Source: Isurus oxyrinchus (Eukaryota). From it: a stretch of DNA of 64,000 bases. The position numbers and the translations under genes were made by a program. The notes under the pieces were generated by a model. It did no database searches, was not told the origin of the DNA, and was given only the letters and a program-made list of their open reading frames with translations. The stretch's first letter is position 1, and the number at the start of each line of letters is the position of its first letter. The DNA lies in the NCBI GenBank assembly GCA_026770705.1, contig JANJGN010000008.1, positions 9,672,001 to 9,736,000 of the forward strand, in the 5' to 3' direction. Below are positions 12,261-25,217 of this stretch, piece by piece.

Positions 12261-12465
12261 GCTTGCTGTCCATTTTTACACTGTGGCTGATCTTACGTTG
12301 ATGGTGGATGGGGAGGGAAAGAGGATCTCCGGGCAAATTCTAGCTTCTGATTGGTGAACGTAGGCATGTTCACATTCAACCAATCACTGCTCTAAACATT
12401 ACTTAAAGCTAGAACAGCTTGGTAAACCTCTGCGTAAAAGTAACATTTATGGTTGTACAACCAAA
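12261..12465 (-). promoter_or_regulatory. Conserved promoter-like block of V2 (lacks the GGCAGT segment)
   Basis: ttttacactg, ATTGG 12350, CCAAT 12380, cttaaagc; the G-rich tract runs straight into ggatctcc. Confidence 0.75.
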
Positions 12466-12761
12466 AATATCTTCAACATTTCCTTCAATATTTTGACTTT
12501 ATTTTCTCTATCAAGGAATATTTTGAACTATGGGACAAGATTTGCTGATAAAATAAAAAGCAAGGCTAATTAAGCTTGCTGTTATTTTCAGGTAAATGTC
12601 ACAGCAGGTTCTGGCCAAGGTGAGATACCCCTTTAACGTGGATCTGTTAACTGTTTGTCCCTTGCGAAGGATCCTGCACGAAACACAGGAGCTTGTTCAT
12701 TAGGTAGGCATAAATGCTACAGAAAACAAGCTAATATTTCTATTGTCATAAGGTATTAAAC

Positions 12762-13105
12762 CATAAGAACACAAGAAATAAGAACAGGTGTAAGGCAGGG
12801 GGCCAATCGAACCTGCCCCGCCATTCAGTAAGATCATGGCTCAATTAACTCATCGCATCCACTTTCTCGCCCTATCCCGGCAGCCCTTGGCTCACTTCAT
12901 GCCCACAAATCTATCCATCTCAGTTTTGTATATGCTCAGTGACTGAGCATCCACAGCTTTCTGGGGTAGGGAATTCCAAAGATTCACAACCCTCTGAGCG
13001 AAGAAATTCCTCCTTATCTCGGTCCAAAATGACTGACCCGTCATCCTGAGACTGTGACCATTAATCTTGCATTTCCAGCCTTGGCAAACAGCCTGACAGC
13101 ATCTC
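12762..13105 (-). mobile_element. 3' fragment of CR1-type LINE (family B)
   Basis: Minus strand GHSLRMTGQSFWTEIRRNFFAQRVVNLWNSLP, typical of a CR1 ORF2 C-terminus; cataagaac-type tail. Confidence 0.8.
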
Positions 13106-13422
13106 AAACATGTTTTTTTTTGTCTATAATAATGGATTCTGCATTGTGTATGAAAGCATTTTAAAAATACCTTCATGCTGGATAACAATTGCAATTATAA
13201 ATATAATGGAATAATTATCAAGGAAATGGTAAGACGCCTCTAGCGTTGAGCCTGGTCAGAGATAATGGTGTAGAATTTAAAAAGCGAGGAATATTAATAG
13301 CCTAGGCAGCATCTCTCCCATCTCTTCATCTGCACCTGTAGAAATCCTTAGGGTGATATGAGTACATCAGAATCAAACACATTTCGTGTTCTCCCGTCCC
13401 ACCCTTCAGGGGGGTGTCTCAC

Positions 13423-15882
13423 CTCACTACTAGCAGTGTTTCTAGAATGGTCAGAATTCAACACCGGTGGGTTCTCGTCCTTCCCAGTAGGGCCGCTATG
13501 GGTGTTCTTCTTGCCGGCGTATGAACTATACATGTTGCGAAACATGAAGTCTCTCTTGACTGTACCCGAGGATGAACACGTGTCGTAGCGAAAGCTCTGG
13601 GAAAGCGGATCGCCCCCAAACACTTCCACGTAGTTTGGAGGAATCTGAAGGCTCCTCCCGCCCTTCTGAGTTCTTGCCTCAAAGCAGCAACTGGTGCCCT
13701 GGCAAGAGATACAGCTATCAACGCCTGGTCTGTTTCGGTGAACCTTAACAGCGAGGATAATTAAAATGACCAGAAAAATGACGGAAAGTAAGCCGAGAGA
13801 TATGACTAAATAAAAGTTTGTACCCGAAGCAAAAACATGTCCTTCAGATAAACTGTCCACCTCGGATAACATTTCTGTTTTACTTTGTTCCACTGATATA
13901 ATGATGGTCATTGTAGCTGAAAGTGATGGCGACCCGTTGTCCTTTACTACAACGACCAACCTTTGCTTACTGAGATCTTTGTCCAGAATACCACGAATTG
14001 TCCATATTTCCCCCGAGTCCGATGAAATAGTAAAAAGTCCAGGATCAGTAGCCTGAAAGATCTGGTAAGAGAGGCGACCGTTCTGGCCAGAGTCTGCATC
14101 GGTTGCGGATACTTTAGCAACCAGGTAACCTGGCTCTGCGAGTCTCGATACAGTTTCTATCACCGCAGAGCCATACTCTGGAGATGGGTGTGTGATAACC
14201 GGGGCATTGTCATTTTGGTCAAGGATAATAATGTCCACTGAGGCGTTGCTGGTCAGTGGTACTGCCCCAGAGTCCTCTGCTCGGACCTGGATCTGAAAGC
14301 TTTTAACTTGTTCATAGTCAAACGTTCTCTGAGAATAGATAACACCAGTTTCTGAATTAATGTGCACATACGCGGAAATCGGCAGGTCCTGATCCCCAGT
14401 TTCCAGGATGGAGTAGGACAGGCGAGAGTTCTGGTTTAAATCTGGATCAAAAGCTGTCACTGAGAAGATGGAAGAGCCAATAAGGTTATTCTCCATTACG
14501 TGGGCTGTGTAAGCAGGCTGCGTAAAGCGGGGCGCGTTGTCATTTATATCAGAAAGTTCCACCCGGATGGATTTCTTGGTTGTGAGGGGAGGGATTCCTC
14601 TATCGCTACATAGGATTGCAATGTCGTACTTTGAGGTATTTTCGCGATCGAGTGGCTGCTGAGTGAGCAGCCTGTAATAATTCTTCAAAGAAGAATCTAG
14701 TTTGAAAGGAGGGCCATTTACAATTTGGCATTGGACCTGCCCATTATCACCCGAGTCTCTGTCCTCCACATTAAACAGGGCCACCACGGTCCCAGGCGGA
14801 GCGCCTTCGCTAACAGGACTGAACATCGAAGTCAAAGTCACCTCAGGTGCGTTATCATTGACATCAGTAATGTTCACCAGCACATCACAGTACACAGGAG
14901 TAGCATTAGGCCCCTTGTCCATCGCCTGCACGTTAATCTCAAAAACCCCATTTTCTTCATAGTTCAAGTTACCTTTGATTCTAATTTCCCCAGTTCTGGA
15001 ATCCACGTTAAACAGTTCACGGACTCTGGCAGAGGCGTGACTACTGAAAGAATATACAATCTGTCCGTTAGGACCGTCGTCTAAGTCAGTAGCGTTTAAT
15101 TTGATTACCAAAGTTCCTTTGGGTGCATTTTCCAGTAGCCTCACCCGATATACTGACTGTGGGAACACGGGCGCGTTGTCGTTAACGTCCTGGACGGTAA
15201 TAATTATCTGGGCAGTTCCAGATTTTTCAGGGATGCCCCCATCCTTGGCAATTAGCACTAACCTGTGTGTCCTTTGTTTTTCTCTGTCCAGCGGCCTTTG
15301 CAACACTAACACTGGCAACTTGCCATCTCCACTGCGCGACTGGATGTCTATTGTGAAATATTCGTTAGCCACTAGCTGGTAGGTTTGTAAGGAGTTGATG
15401 CCAACGTCCGGATCCTGAGCCGACTCGAGGGCAAAACGCGCTCCTTGCACGGCCACCTCTGAGATTTCCAAACGGAATTGGCTTTTGGGGAAACTGGGAG
15501 CGTTGTCATTTACATCCAGAATCTCCACTTGAAAATGATACACGTTCAAGGGATTTTCGATCACAGCCTCGAAGGACAATGTACAAACAGGGCTCGGCCC
15601 ACAGAGCTGTTCCCGGTCAATTTTTTCTTTCACGACCAATATCCCACTGTCCAAATTTACATCCAGATACTGCTTCCTGGGACCAGACACAATCCGAAAA
15701 CTGCGAGCCGAGAGCTCTTTCGCGTCCAAACCCAAATCGTCTGCGATATTCCCAACAAAGGCGCCCAGTTGCAGTTCTTCAGGAATCGAATAGCGAATTT
15801 GTCCCGAAACCAGAACCGAGGAGGACAACACACAGCATAAAAGTGACCATTTTAACAGCCAATGTATTTCAGAAAGTCCCAT
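13423..15882 (-). CDS. Clustered protocadherin variable exon V3
   Basis: ATG 15882 (MGLSEIHW), six EC repeats, TM, conserved cytoplasmic motif; donor at 13423/13422. Confidence 0.95.
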
Positions 15883-16102
15883 TTCCCGCACAAAGCATTC
15901 CAATTACTTCAGCGCGAGACGCCATTCAATCACATCTTGGAATAAGATTCAATATAAACCATTTTCAACGATAAATGGGGGCGATATTTCATAAAGGTAC
16001 CTGTATTTCTTTCAAATATCACTAAGACTTCGTTCTATTCTGCAGATTTCTTTTTAAAATTACCAATATATGCGAACACAAAACCCAGTGAAGCGCCGCG
16101 CA

Positions 16103-16305
16103 GCTCGCTATGCTGGTTTTACACTGTATCTGATCGTACGTAATGGTGGATGGGAAGGGAAGAGGGCAGTCAAGATCTCCAGACACATTACAGCTTCTCA
16201 TTGGTGAGCTGGGATTCAACCAATCCCCATACAGAACATTTCTTAAAGCTGCAATGCCTCTGTGAGTCGCTGTGTGATATTTACATTTAGTATTGTGCAA
16301 TCTAA
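16103..16305 (-). promoter_or_regulatory. Conserved promoter-like block of V3
   Basis: ttttacactg, agagggcagt, ATTGG 16200, CCAAT 16220, cttaaagc, attgtgcaat. Confidence 0.8.
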
Positions 16306-17066
16306 ATTTCTTCCATCTTTTTCTGAATGATTTTGGCGATTTTTCCAACTTTAGTGGGTTTTCTAAGAATTGCTTCATCGGATCTCACTTAAAAACCTGA
16401 CCTCGTGTTATCTCTTTCCTAATGAGGCATTATGAGACTAGACTGAAGTCCAAGAAAATCTTCTCTCAGGCCCCTTTCAACATAAATTGCCAGGATCACA
16501 CTTTGTTCACCTGTAACATTTAAACCCCACTGAGTCCATTTAATTACATATTCAGTTGATTTGAATACTTCCCTGAGAGAAATATGCAATGCTTTAATTC
16601 TCCATTAAATGGTACATGTAAATGTAGAACTATAACTCATGCCAACCATATGGAGTACGCCCATCAGAGCACTGATAACTAATTTCTTTTAACATCACAG
16701 ACCCAGGTGGAATTCTAGAGTGAGCTTTCGTTTCTTTCTTTTTCTAAAGTTTAAACCACAACATGTTACAAATGGCGTGCCGGGTTTGTGGATTGTGCTT
16801 TATCCACACTTACACAATGGTAACTTTCTCTAACTGGCACAATCAGCATTATGGTAAAGCCATATGAACGCACCGAAGGACAGCTTATTGAATAGCACAG
16901 GAGCTGGTCCAGGATTAGTGACTGGGCATTCAGATAGCAAAGCAGATTGAAAGGGTTCCCTCTTGGGTATAATCCAATCTCCAGGATCGATATGTTTTTG
17001 GCGGATATTTGTACTTCCAAATCAAACCCATGAGGTGTTCTCTTCGCCCTCGAATAAGATCCTCAC

Positions 17067-19508
17067 CTCATTATTCACAGAGTTCCTGCACTGCACAGTG
17101 TTTGGTGCCCCAGGGGTATCTCCATTCCCCAAAATACCACTTGGGATGTGATTCTTCCGTGAAGACATGCTGCATCTGTTGGAAGGCGTGAAATCTCTCT
17201 TTGTGGAGTATGAAGTTGAGCATGTATCATAACGGAAACTCTGAGAAAGTGGATCACCTCCAAACACTTCAACATAGTTCGGTGGTATCTGAAGACTTCT
17301 GCCGCCCCTTTGAATTCCATGTCGGGTATTTCTTGCAAAACAGCCACATGTGTCCAGAGAAGAGGTGTTGTGGACCTTGATAGCGAGGGTAATCAAAATC
17401 ACCAGAAAAATGGTCGAGATGATGCCTAAAGTAATGACCAGGTAAAAACTGGTATCAGAAACGAACCCAGGATCTTCATTGGCCACATTGGAGAGCATTT
17501 GTACATCGGTTCCTGTCACAGACAAGATGAATGTTACGGTGGCTGTAAGCGGAGGTAATCCATTGTCTTTAACTCCAATTACCAACCTTTGCTTAGTAGC
17601 ATCATTATTCATTATGTTGCGGATAGTCCAAATTTCCCCTGTGTCTGGTGCAATAGTAAAAAGGCCAGCATCAGTAGCTTGGAGAATCTGGTAAGTAAGG
17701 CGGGCATTCTGACCTGTGTCACCATCAGTAGCAGAAACTTTAGCAACCAGGTAGCCTGGTTCTGCGAACCGGGACACCGTCTCTAATACCGTGGAGCCGA
17801 ACTCGGGTAATGGATGCACGATCACGGGGGCATGGTCATTCTGGTCGAGGATAATTATATCCACTGAAGTGTTGCCAGAAAGTGGCGGGGCTCCAGAGTC
17901 CCGCGCCTGAACTTGGATTCGAAAGTTTTTGAGATGCTCGTAGTCGAACGTTCTCTGAGAATAGATTACACTGCTGACCGAGTTAATGGAGACATAAGTG
18001 GAGGCTGGCTTGCCCTGAATCAGAGTCTCCGAGATAAAGTAGGACAGGCGAGCGTTCTGATTTAAATCTGGATCGAAAGCACTCACCGAGAATATGGACA
18101 CACCAATAGCATTGTTCTCCATCACCTGAGCTGTATATAAAGGCTGAGGAAACTGGGGTGGATTGTCATTTGTATCAGAAACCTCCACCAGGATGGTTTT
18201 GTTGGAGGTGAGTGTGGGGATTCCCGCATCCCTGCACACGATAGTTACACTGTAGTTTGACACATGCTCCCGATCCAGTGCCTCCCTGGTAACTAATCTG
18301 TAGTAGTTGTTTAAGGACGAATCCAGTTTAAAGGGAAGGCCATTTGGGGCTTGACATTGTACGTGTCCGTTTTCTCCCGAGTCTCTGTCTGTTGAAATGA
18401 TCAGAGCCACCACAGTTCCAGGGAGAGAGTCTTCACTGACAGGACTGAACAAAGACGTTAGAGTCATCTCAGGTGCGTTGTCATTCACATCAACGACGTC
18501 AAGCACAACGTGACAGTACACAGGGGTTGCGTTAGGTCCTTTGTCCTTTGCTTGTACATTAATCTCAAAAATACTATTTACTTCATAGTCTAAATTCTTC
18601 TTAATCTTGATTTCACCAGTTTTTGGATCCAGGCCAAAATGTTCACGGACTCTATTCGAAGTGTGACTGCTAAATGAATAAACTACCTGCCCATTGAGAC
18701 CCGCATCCAAATCAGAGGCGTCTAGTTTGATCACCAATGTTCCTTTAGGTACATTCTCCAGCAAACTGACCCTGTAGACTGACTGGGGGAAAACAGGTAC
18801 GTTGTCGTTGGCATCTTCCACTGCGATCATTATTTCAGCAGTGCCTGACCTCTCAGGAACCCCTCCGTCCTTCGCAATTAACACTAACCTGTGTGTATTT
18901 TCCTTTTCCCTGTCCAGGGGTCTTTCCAAGACTAAAACCGGTAACTTTCCGTCCCCACCGCGCGTCTCGACATCCAGGCTGAAATAATCGTTGGCTACCA
19001 GCTGGTAGCTCTGTACGGAATTGGTTCCAACGTCCGGGTCGTGCGCACACTCCAGGGCAAAGCGCGTTCCCGGGGCAGCCACCTCTGAGATTTCCAGACG
19101 GAACTGGCTCTCTGGGAAAGTCGGAGCGTTGTCATTTACATCCAGAATCTCCACTTGAAAATGGTACACATTCAGGGGATTTTCAATCACGGCTTCAAAG
19201 GACAATGTGCACGTGTGGCTCGGCCCACAGAGCTGCTCTCTGTCCATTTTTTCCTTCACAAGCAAAATCCCATTGTCTAAATTTACGTCCATATACTGCT
19301 TACTGGGACCGGGCACAATCTGAAAGCCGCGAGCTGAGAGCTCCTTTTTATCCAAATCCAAATCCTCTGCGATATTCCCGACAAAGGCGCCTACATTCAG
19401 TTCCTCAGCAATTGAATAACGTATCTGTCCAGAAACTACTTCCCAGGACGAGATGGTACAATATAGAAGTTGCCATTTCAATAGCCAATATATTTTATAA
19501 TATTCCAT
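17067..19508 (-). CDS. Clustered protocadherin variable exon V4
   Basis: ATG 19508 (MEYYKIYW), six EC repeats, TM, conserved cytoplasmic motif; donor at 17067/17066. Confidence 0.95.
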
Positions 19509-19729
19509 TTCCAGCACAAAGCATTTCAAGTGATTGAGCACAACGCGGCTCCGTTGAATAATTCCTCGCAAAACACTGAATTACGTTTCCATTTTGGCGA
19601 AACAACTGGTTTGCATGAACACACGTACATTTAAAAAAATAAATCGGCGAAATTATTTCTGACAAACCTTCTTATTCCTTCTAAAATCACCAGTGGATGA
19701 ATGTAGAAAACGTAATCTAACGAGAGGCA

Positions 19730-19937
19730 GCTCTATCCAACGTTACACACTTTCAGGTCGTATATAATGGCGGAAGAGGAGGGTAGGGCAGTAAGGATCT
19801 CCAGTCACGGTACAGCTTTTCATTGGCCAAAAGGGCTGACTTGCATTCAGCCAATCACCACACTAAGCATTTCTTAAAGCTGGACTGTCTTTCAAAACCT
19901 TTGCGCAATATTTACATTAATTGTTGTGCAATGTAAA
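19730..19937 (-). promoter_or_regulatory. Conserved promoter-like block of V4
   Basis: tagggcagt, ATTGG 19822, CCAAT 19851, cttaaagc, attgttgtgcaat. Confidence 0.8.
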
Positions 19938-20451
19938 ATCTAACTAGCCGTTTCCTTCACCATTTTGGAGCTGTTTTCATTCAATAACATTAATAATTAT
20001 ATTTTGAATAGATTTGACACTTAATTGACAGGATATCGGAACCTGATCAAACAATACACTTCACTGAATGCTTCATTGATGAGCCGAACGTTTGATTCAC
20101 CACAGTGCTCAGGGTGTGGAATTCATTTCTCCATTAAACATATCTAATCCACCTGGACGTATTGTGGCTATCTGGTGACGAAAACGTTATCGAGAAAAAG
20201 TTAGGTGGTGTGAATTTTAATAAACTATTGGCAAAAAACACAATACATTTCCACCTGGACCCTCCTCCCGAACCCCCACATTGAGTTAAAATTGGGTGGT
20301 TGCAACAGTAACACTGCCTCATATTATGGGCCTTGGTTTCAGAACAGAAACATGTAAACACATAATGAAATACCTATGATGGACTGTTAAACATAATTAC
20401 TGAGCCAATGACAATCGTTCATATTTAGCCCCATAAGTTAGTCTTATAAGT

Positions 20452-20890
20452 GGGATGAAGGGAAGAAATGTTGAGCAGGTTGGGCCTAAACACATTGGAA
20501 TTAGAATTAGAACTCATTAGAAGAATGAGTGGTGAACTGATTGAAACATATAAGATTCTGAGTAGGGACTTGACAGGCTAGATGCTGAGAGGATGTTCCC
20601 ATTCGTGGGAGAATCTAGAACTAGGGAGCAGAGTTTAAAGATTAGGGGTCTCCTATTTAAGGTGGAGAAGAATTTCTTCTCTCAGTGGCTCACAAACCTT
20701 TGGAATTCTCTTCCACAGAGAGTAGTGGAGGCTGGGTCATTGAATATATTCAGATTTTTGATTGACAAGGGAGTCAAAGGACATGGGGGACAGACAAGAA
20801 AGTGGCATTAATGCAGCAATCAGATCAGCCATGATTGGTGGAGCAGACTCGATGGGCCAAATGGCCTACTCCTGCTCCAATTGCTTATGA
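20452..20890 (+). mobile_element. 3' fragment of CR1-type LINE (family B)
   Basis: MFPFVGESRTREQSLKIRG...NFFSQWLTNLWNSLPQRVVEA; 3' end gatgggccaaatggcctactcctgctcc. Confidence 0.8.
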
Positions 20891-21166
20891 GCTCACAATC
20901 AGATATCTTACCTGCAGCAGTGAAGCACCCAATTTAGAAAATGTCTCACTGTGCGTGGTAATGGGGGTGCAGAACAGTGACAGTGACAGCCACAACAGCT
21001 GTTCACCTGTAAACGAATATTAAAGTGTCTATTTGTTACCCCACATCTGAGCCGTTGAGTAAATAGCCATAAGGAAAAGCATAAAACAGTCAAGAGAGTG
21101 TTCTAAATTCCCGATTCTGCATTTGCCCGATTAAGATCGAATTTTCTTTCCATTCAGGCGCCTCAC

Positions 21167-23620
21167 CTCACTAGGCATAGCATTCTCCGAATTTGAGAAA
21201 GACGCTTTCCCCCCGTTTGCAATGATTTCACTCCCGGCTTTATTCTTTTCCGAACTGCACGTGTTGGGAAACTGGAGGTCCCTCTTTAGCGAACGTGAAT
21301 ATGTCTCATAGCGGTAGCTCTGGGATAGCGGATCGCCCCCAAATACTTCAACATAGTTGGGGGTGATGTGGAGGTTCCGGCTGGCTTTCTCAATTCCATT
21401 CCGCGAGGGCCTTGATGCAAAACAACAGCACGTCCCCAAAACACAACTGTGCCCACCAAAAGTGTTTCTGCTTTGATGAACTTTAACAGCTAGAATAATT
21501 AAAACTACCAGAAAAATGGATGAGATGATCCCTAACGATATGACTAAGTAGAGGCTTGTGTCGGAAGTGAAGTCTGGGTTTTCCGACAAGCTGCCTGGGC
21601 CGTTGAGCATTTCTGCATCCCCCTCTACCACTGACAGGATGATAGACATTGTCGCAGAAAGGGCTGGTGTTCCATTGTCATTTACAATGATGACCAACCT
21701 CTGCTTGGTTGCATCTGCCTTTGTAATACTACGGCTTGTCCATATTTCCCCCGTTTCCAGTGAAATTGTAAAGAGCCCCAAGTCAGTAGCACGGAGGATC
21801 CGGTAGGACAGGCGAGCATTTTGTCCAGAGTCCGCATCAGTGGCCGTCACCTTCGCCACCAGATACCCTGCTTCCGCGAATCGGGACACCGTCTCTGTCA
21901 TTGTTGCCCCGCGCTCCGCTATTGGATGCACGATCACTGGGGCATTATCATTCTGGTCGAGTATAACGATGTCTACAGAAACGTTGCTGGCGAGTGGTGG
22001 GACTCCATGATCACGCGCCTGAACTTGAATCCGAATTTTTTTAAGTTGTTCATAGTCAAAAGATCTATAGGAATATAGCACGCCACTCTCTGCGTTAATA
22101 TAGATGTATTTGCTTACTGATTCGCTCTGAATCCGACTCTCTGGGATAGAGTAGGAGAGACGACCGTTCTGACCTGTGTCCGGATCAAATGCTGTCACAG
22201 AGAAAATGGACGCACCGATATTGTTGTTCTCCATCACGTACGCTGTATGGGAAGGCTGTGCAAATTGTGGTGCGTTGTCATTCTTGTCCGAAACTTCAAC
22301 CAAGATGGTTTTGTTGGCGGTGAGAGGCGGGGACCCTCCATCACTGCAGGTGAGAGTAAAGTCGTAGGTGGCGATGTACTCGCGGTCCAGCAGGTCCTGC
22401 GTGAGCAATCTTAAATGCTTCTTCGAGGACGAATCCAGCGCGAAAGGAAGATTGTTTCCGATTAGACATCGCAACTGCCCATTTTCACCGGAATCTCTGT
22501 CTGACGCGCTGATCAGAGCTACTACAGTCCCAGGCAGAGAGTCTTCAGGAACTGGGCTGAATAAAGAAGTCAGTGTCACTTCAGGCGCGTTATCATTTAC
22601 GTCAATAATATTCAATACAACGCTACAGTACGCCGGAGTCGCGTGTGCGCCCTTGTCCTTTGCTTGCACAATAATCTCAAAAACACTAATATCCTCATAG
22701 TCCAAATTCGCTTTAGTTCTTATTTCGCCAGTTTCGGAATCCAAACCAAACAGCTCACGGACCCTGGCAGTTGTATGGCTGCTGAAAGAGTACACAATCT
22801 CCCCATTAGAGCCATCATCCAAATCAGTAGCATTTACCTGGAGTACTAGGGCCCCTTTGGTCACATTCTCTGATAGGTTGATTCTGTAAATCGGCTGAGG
22901 GAAAAGCGGCGCGTTATCATTGGCATCTTCAACCATGATGCTGATCTGGGCAGTGCCAGATCTTTCGGGTACCCCTCCGTCTTTGGCTAATAGCAGTAAC
23001 CTGTGGGTCGACTGCTTCTCTCTGTCCAGGGACTTTTCCAGCACCAGCACGGGTAACTTTCCATCCCCAATACCCGCCTCAACATTCAGCAAGAAGTATT
23101 CATTTGCAACTAGCTGGTAGGTTTGTACGGAGTTGGTTCCAACATCCGGATCGTGCGCGCACTCGAGGGCGAAACGGGTTCCTGGCGCAGCAACCTCGGA
23201 GATTTCGAGGCGGATCTGGCTCTTTGGAAAACTGGGAGCGTTGTCATTTATATCCAGAATCTCCACTTCGATTTGGTGCAGATTCAGAGGATTCTCAAGC
23301 ACGGCCTCCAAAGACAAAAAGCAAGTGAGGCTAGGGCCACAGAGTTGTTCCCTGTCAATTCTTTCCTTTAGAAACAGAATCCCATTGTCTAAATTGACTT
23401 CCAAATGCCGCTTTCTTGGACCTGATACAAGTCGAAAATTCCGAGCCGAAAGCTGCTTCACATCCAGTCCCAAATCGTCTGCAATATTCCCAATAAACGC
23501 ACCCAGTTGCAATTCTTCAGGAATCGAATAACGAATTTCTCCTGCAACTAGATCCCAGGAGATAAACATGCAAGATAGCAGTTTCCATTTTAAAAAACAA
23601 AATGCGTTATAACATCTCAT
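21167..23620 (-). CDS. Clustered protocadherin variable exon V5
   Basis: ATG 23620 (MRCYNAFC), six EC repeats, [22 protein letters not shown]; donor at 21167/21166. Confidence 0.95.
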
Positions 23621-23831
23621 CGCCAGTGTTAAACATTCCAATTGCTTCAGCACGGCTCCGTGGCGTTCGGCTTCTCCTTAGATTAAAATTATGAATGTCT
23701 ACTGTCTTTGCCTAAAAAGGCTGCAACGCATAAAAAATACCTTCATTTTAAAGGAATCGTCGAAATGGTTTCAGAAATATTTTCATTTTGTTGATAAAAC
23801 CCATCCGAGAAAACTGCCGGAACCCTCCGTA

Positions 23832-24031
23832 GCTCGCTTTCCAATCTCATATTGTTTCGGGTCATATGTGATGGTGGATGGGAGGGGAAACGGCAGTCAG
23901 GATCACCAGGCCCTTACTAGCTTCTGATTGGCGGACTCTTATTCAGCCAATCAGAACACTTTTCAGTTCTTAAAGCTAGAATGTCCTGCCAAAGCGTTAT
24001 TAATTCTTTCTTTTTGGTTGTACAACTAAAA
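23832..24031 (-). promoter_or_regulatory. Conserved promoter-like block of V5
   Basis: gctcgctttccaat, cggcagt, ATTGG 23927, CCAAT 23947, cttaaagc. Confidence 0.78.
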
Positions 24032-24420
24032 ATATAACACACCTTTTTAATACTTTGAATTTTTTCCCTCTTTCTGAAAAATTATTTTATGGCCATGGAT
24101 ACAATGGACATAGGAAAATTCATCCTGCTTAGAGACCACTGAGGGCACTTAGTCAAATCCTAAACTCTCTGATATTATTGTCCTTTCATTGGCTTTATCT
24201 AGTCTTTTAAAATAATTTTATCATACGAGATCCTGAAGAGAAAGAACACATCACTGGGTTAGCACTAATCTTTTGCATACTTCAAAGCAAGGATCCGAGT
24301 CCTCTCTACATTGTTAACACGTGGGTCCGCTAACTTTTTGCGAACAACATCCAAAAAGTTTAAGCAGAGAGAACTCAGATCTGAATAGGTGCACTAATGG
24401 AGCTAGGGTACTGGGCAGGG

Positions 24421-24680
24421 AAGATCTTAGGATTGTACCATGCAGAAGAATGTTATTTGATCCTTCGTGCCTGTACTGCCTATTTGCAAGAGCAATCCTA
24501 TTAGTCCCACCCCCTTGCTTTTTCCCAATAGCTTTGCAAAAAATTAATTTCAACTATATATCCAACACCCCTTTGAAAGCCACAAGTGGTCACTACCCTT
24601 TCAGATGTTATATTCTAGATTTAACAACTTGCTGTGTAAAAAAATAAAATCTCCTCACCTCCCCTCAGGTTCTTTTGTTT
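24421..24680 (-). mobile_element. Old CR1-like LINE 3' fragment
   Basis: Degenerate match to the CR1 3' ends elsewhere in the window (gcagaagaatg..atttgatcc, acaacttgctgtgtaaaaaa...tctcctcacctcccct). Confidence 0.45.
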
Positions 24681-24987
24681 TATGTGTTCTACATACTATG
24701 AGAATATTTGATGCTTCATGCTATTTTAAGACTACTTCTTTTAAATAAACTGAAATTTTACTGGAAAGTAACTTCATGTGACAAGACCACTTCAGCTAAT
24801 TCTCTTCTCGCCCTAATAGGACATGATCAAATGTGCTGTACTTTCAGAGTTCCCACTTCCACTTCAAATAAGTACCAGCTTCTTTCTTTCATTATATTTC
24901 ATGATTGTTCACCTAACCTGGGAGTATTTAATGCTTTACTGCACAGGTAGCTGTATTACATCTAACCTGGGAGTATTTAATGCTTTA

Positions 24988-25217
24988 CAAAAACAGAATT
25001 ACTTGGAAAAACTCAGCAGGTCTGGCAGCATCGGCGGAGAAGAAAAGAGTTGACGTTTCGAGTCCTCATGACCCTTCGACAGTTCTGTCGAATGGTCATG
25101 AGGACTCGAAACGTCAACTCTTTTCTTCTCCGCCATTGCTGCCAGACCTGCTGAGTTTTTCCAGGTAATTCTGTTTTTGTTTTGGATTTCCAGCATCTGC
25201 AGTTTTTTTTTGTTTTT
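24988..25217. mobile_element. Young hairpin element derived from Penelope-like termini, with hammerhead-like motifs on both arms and a target-site duplication
   Basis: 95-bp inverted arms (24988-25082 / 25085-25179, ~4 mismatches, 2-nt loop); flanking direct repeat gtatttaatgctttac at 24973-24988 and 25218-25233. Confidence 0.85.
25081..25119 (+). ncRNA. Hammerhead-like motif variant (CUGUCGA core, GUC cleavage triplet)
   Basis: AGTT-CTGTCGA-a-TGGTC atgag GACTC-GAAAC-GTC-AACT; stem I AGUU/AACU pairs; core position A6 is U. Confidence 0.45.

Noticed and set aside
20101-20140. CACAGTG heptamer suggesting a V(D)J-type RSS (also ~43794, ~59340)
   Set aside because: No ACAAAAACC nonamer at 12/23 spacing and no consistent position relative to the exons
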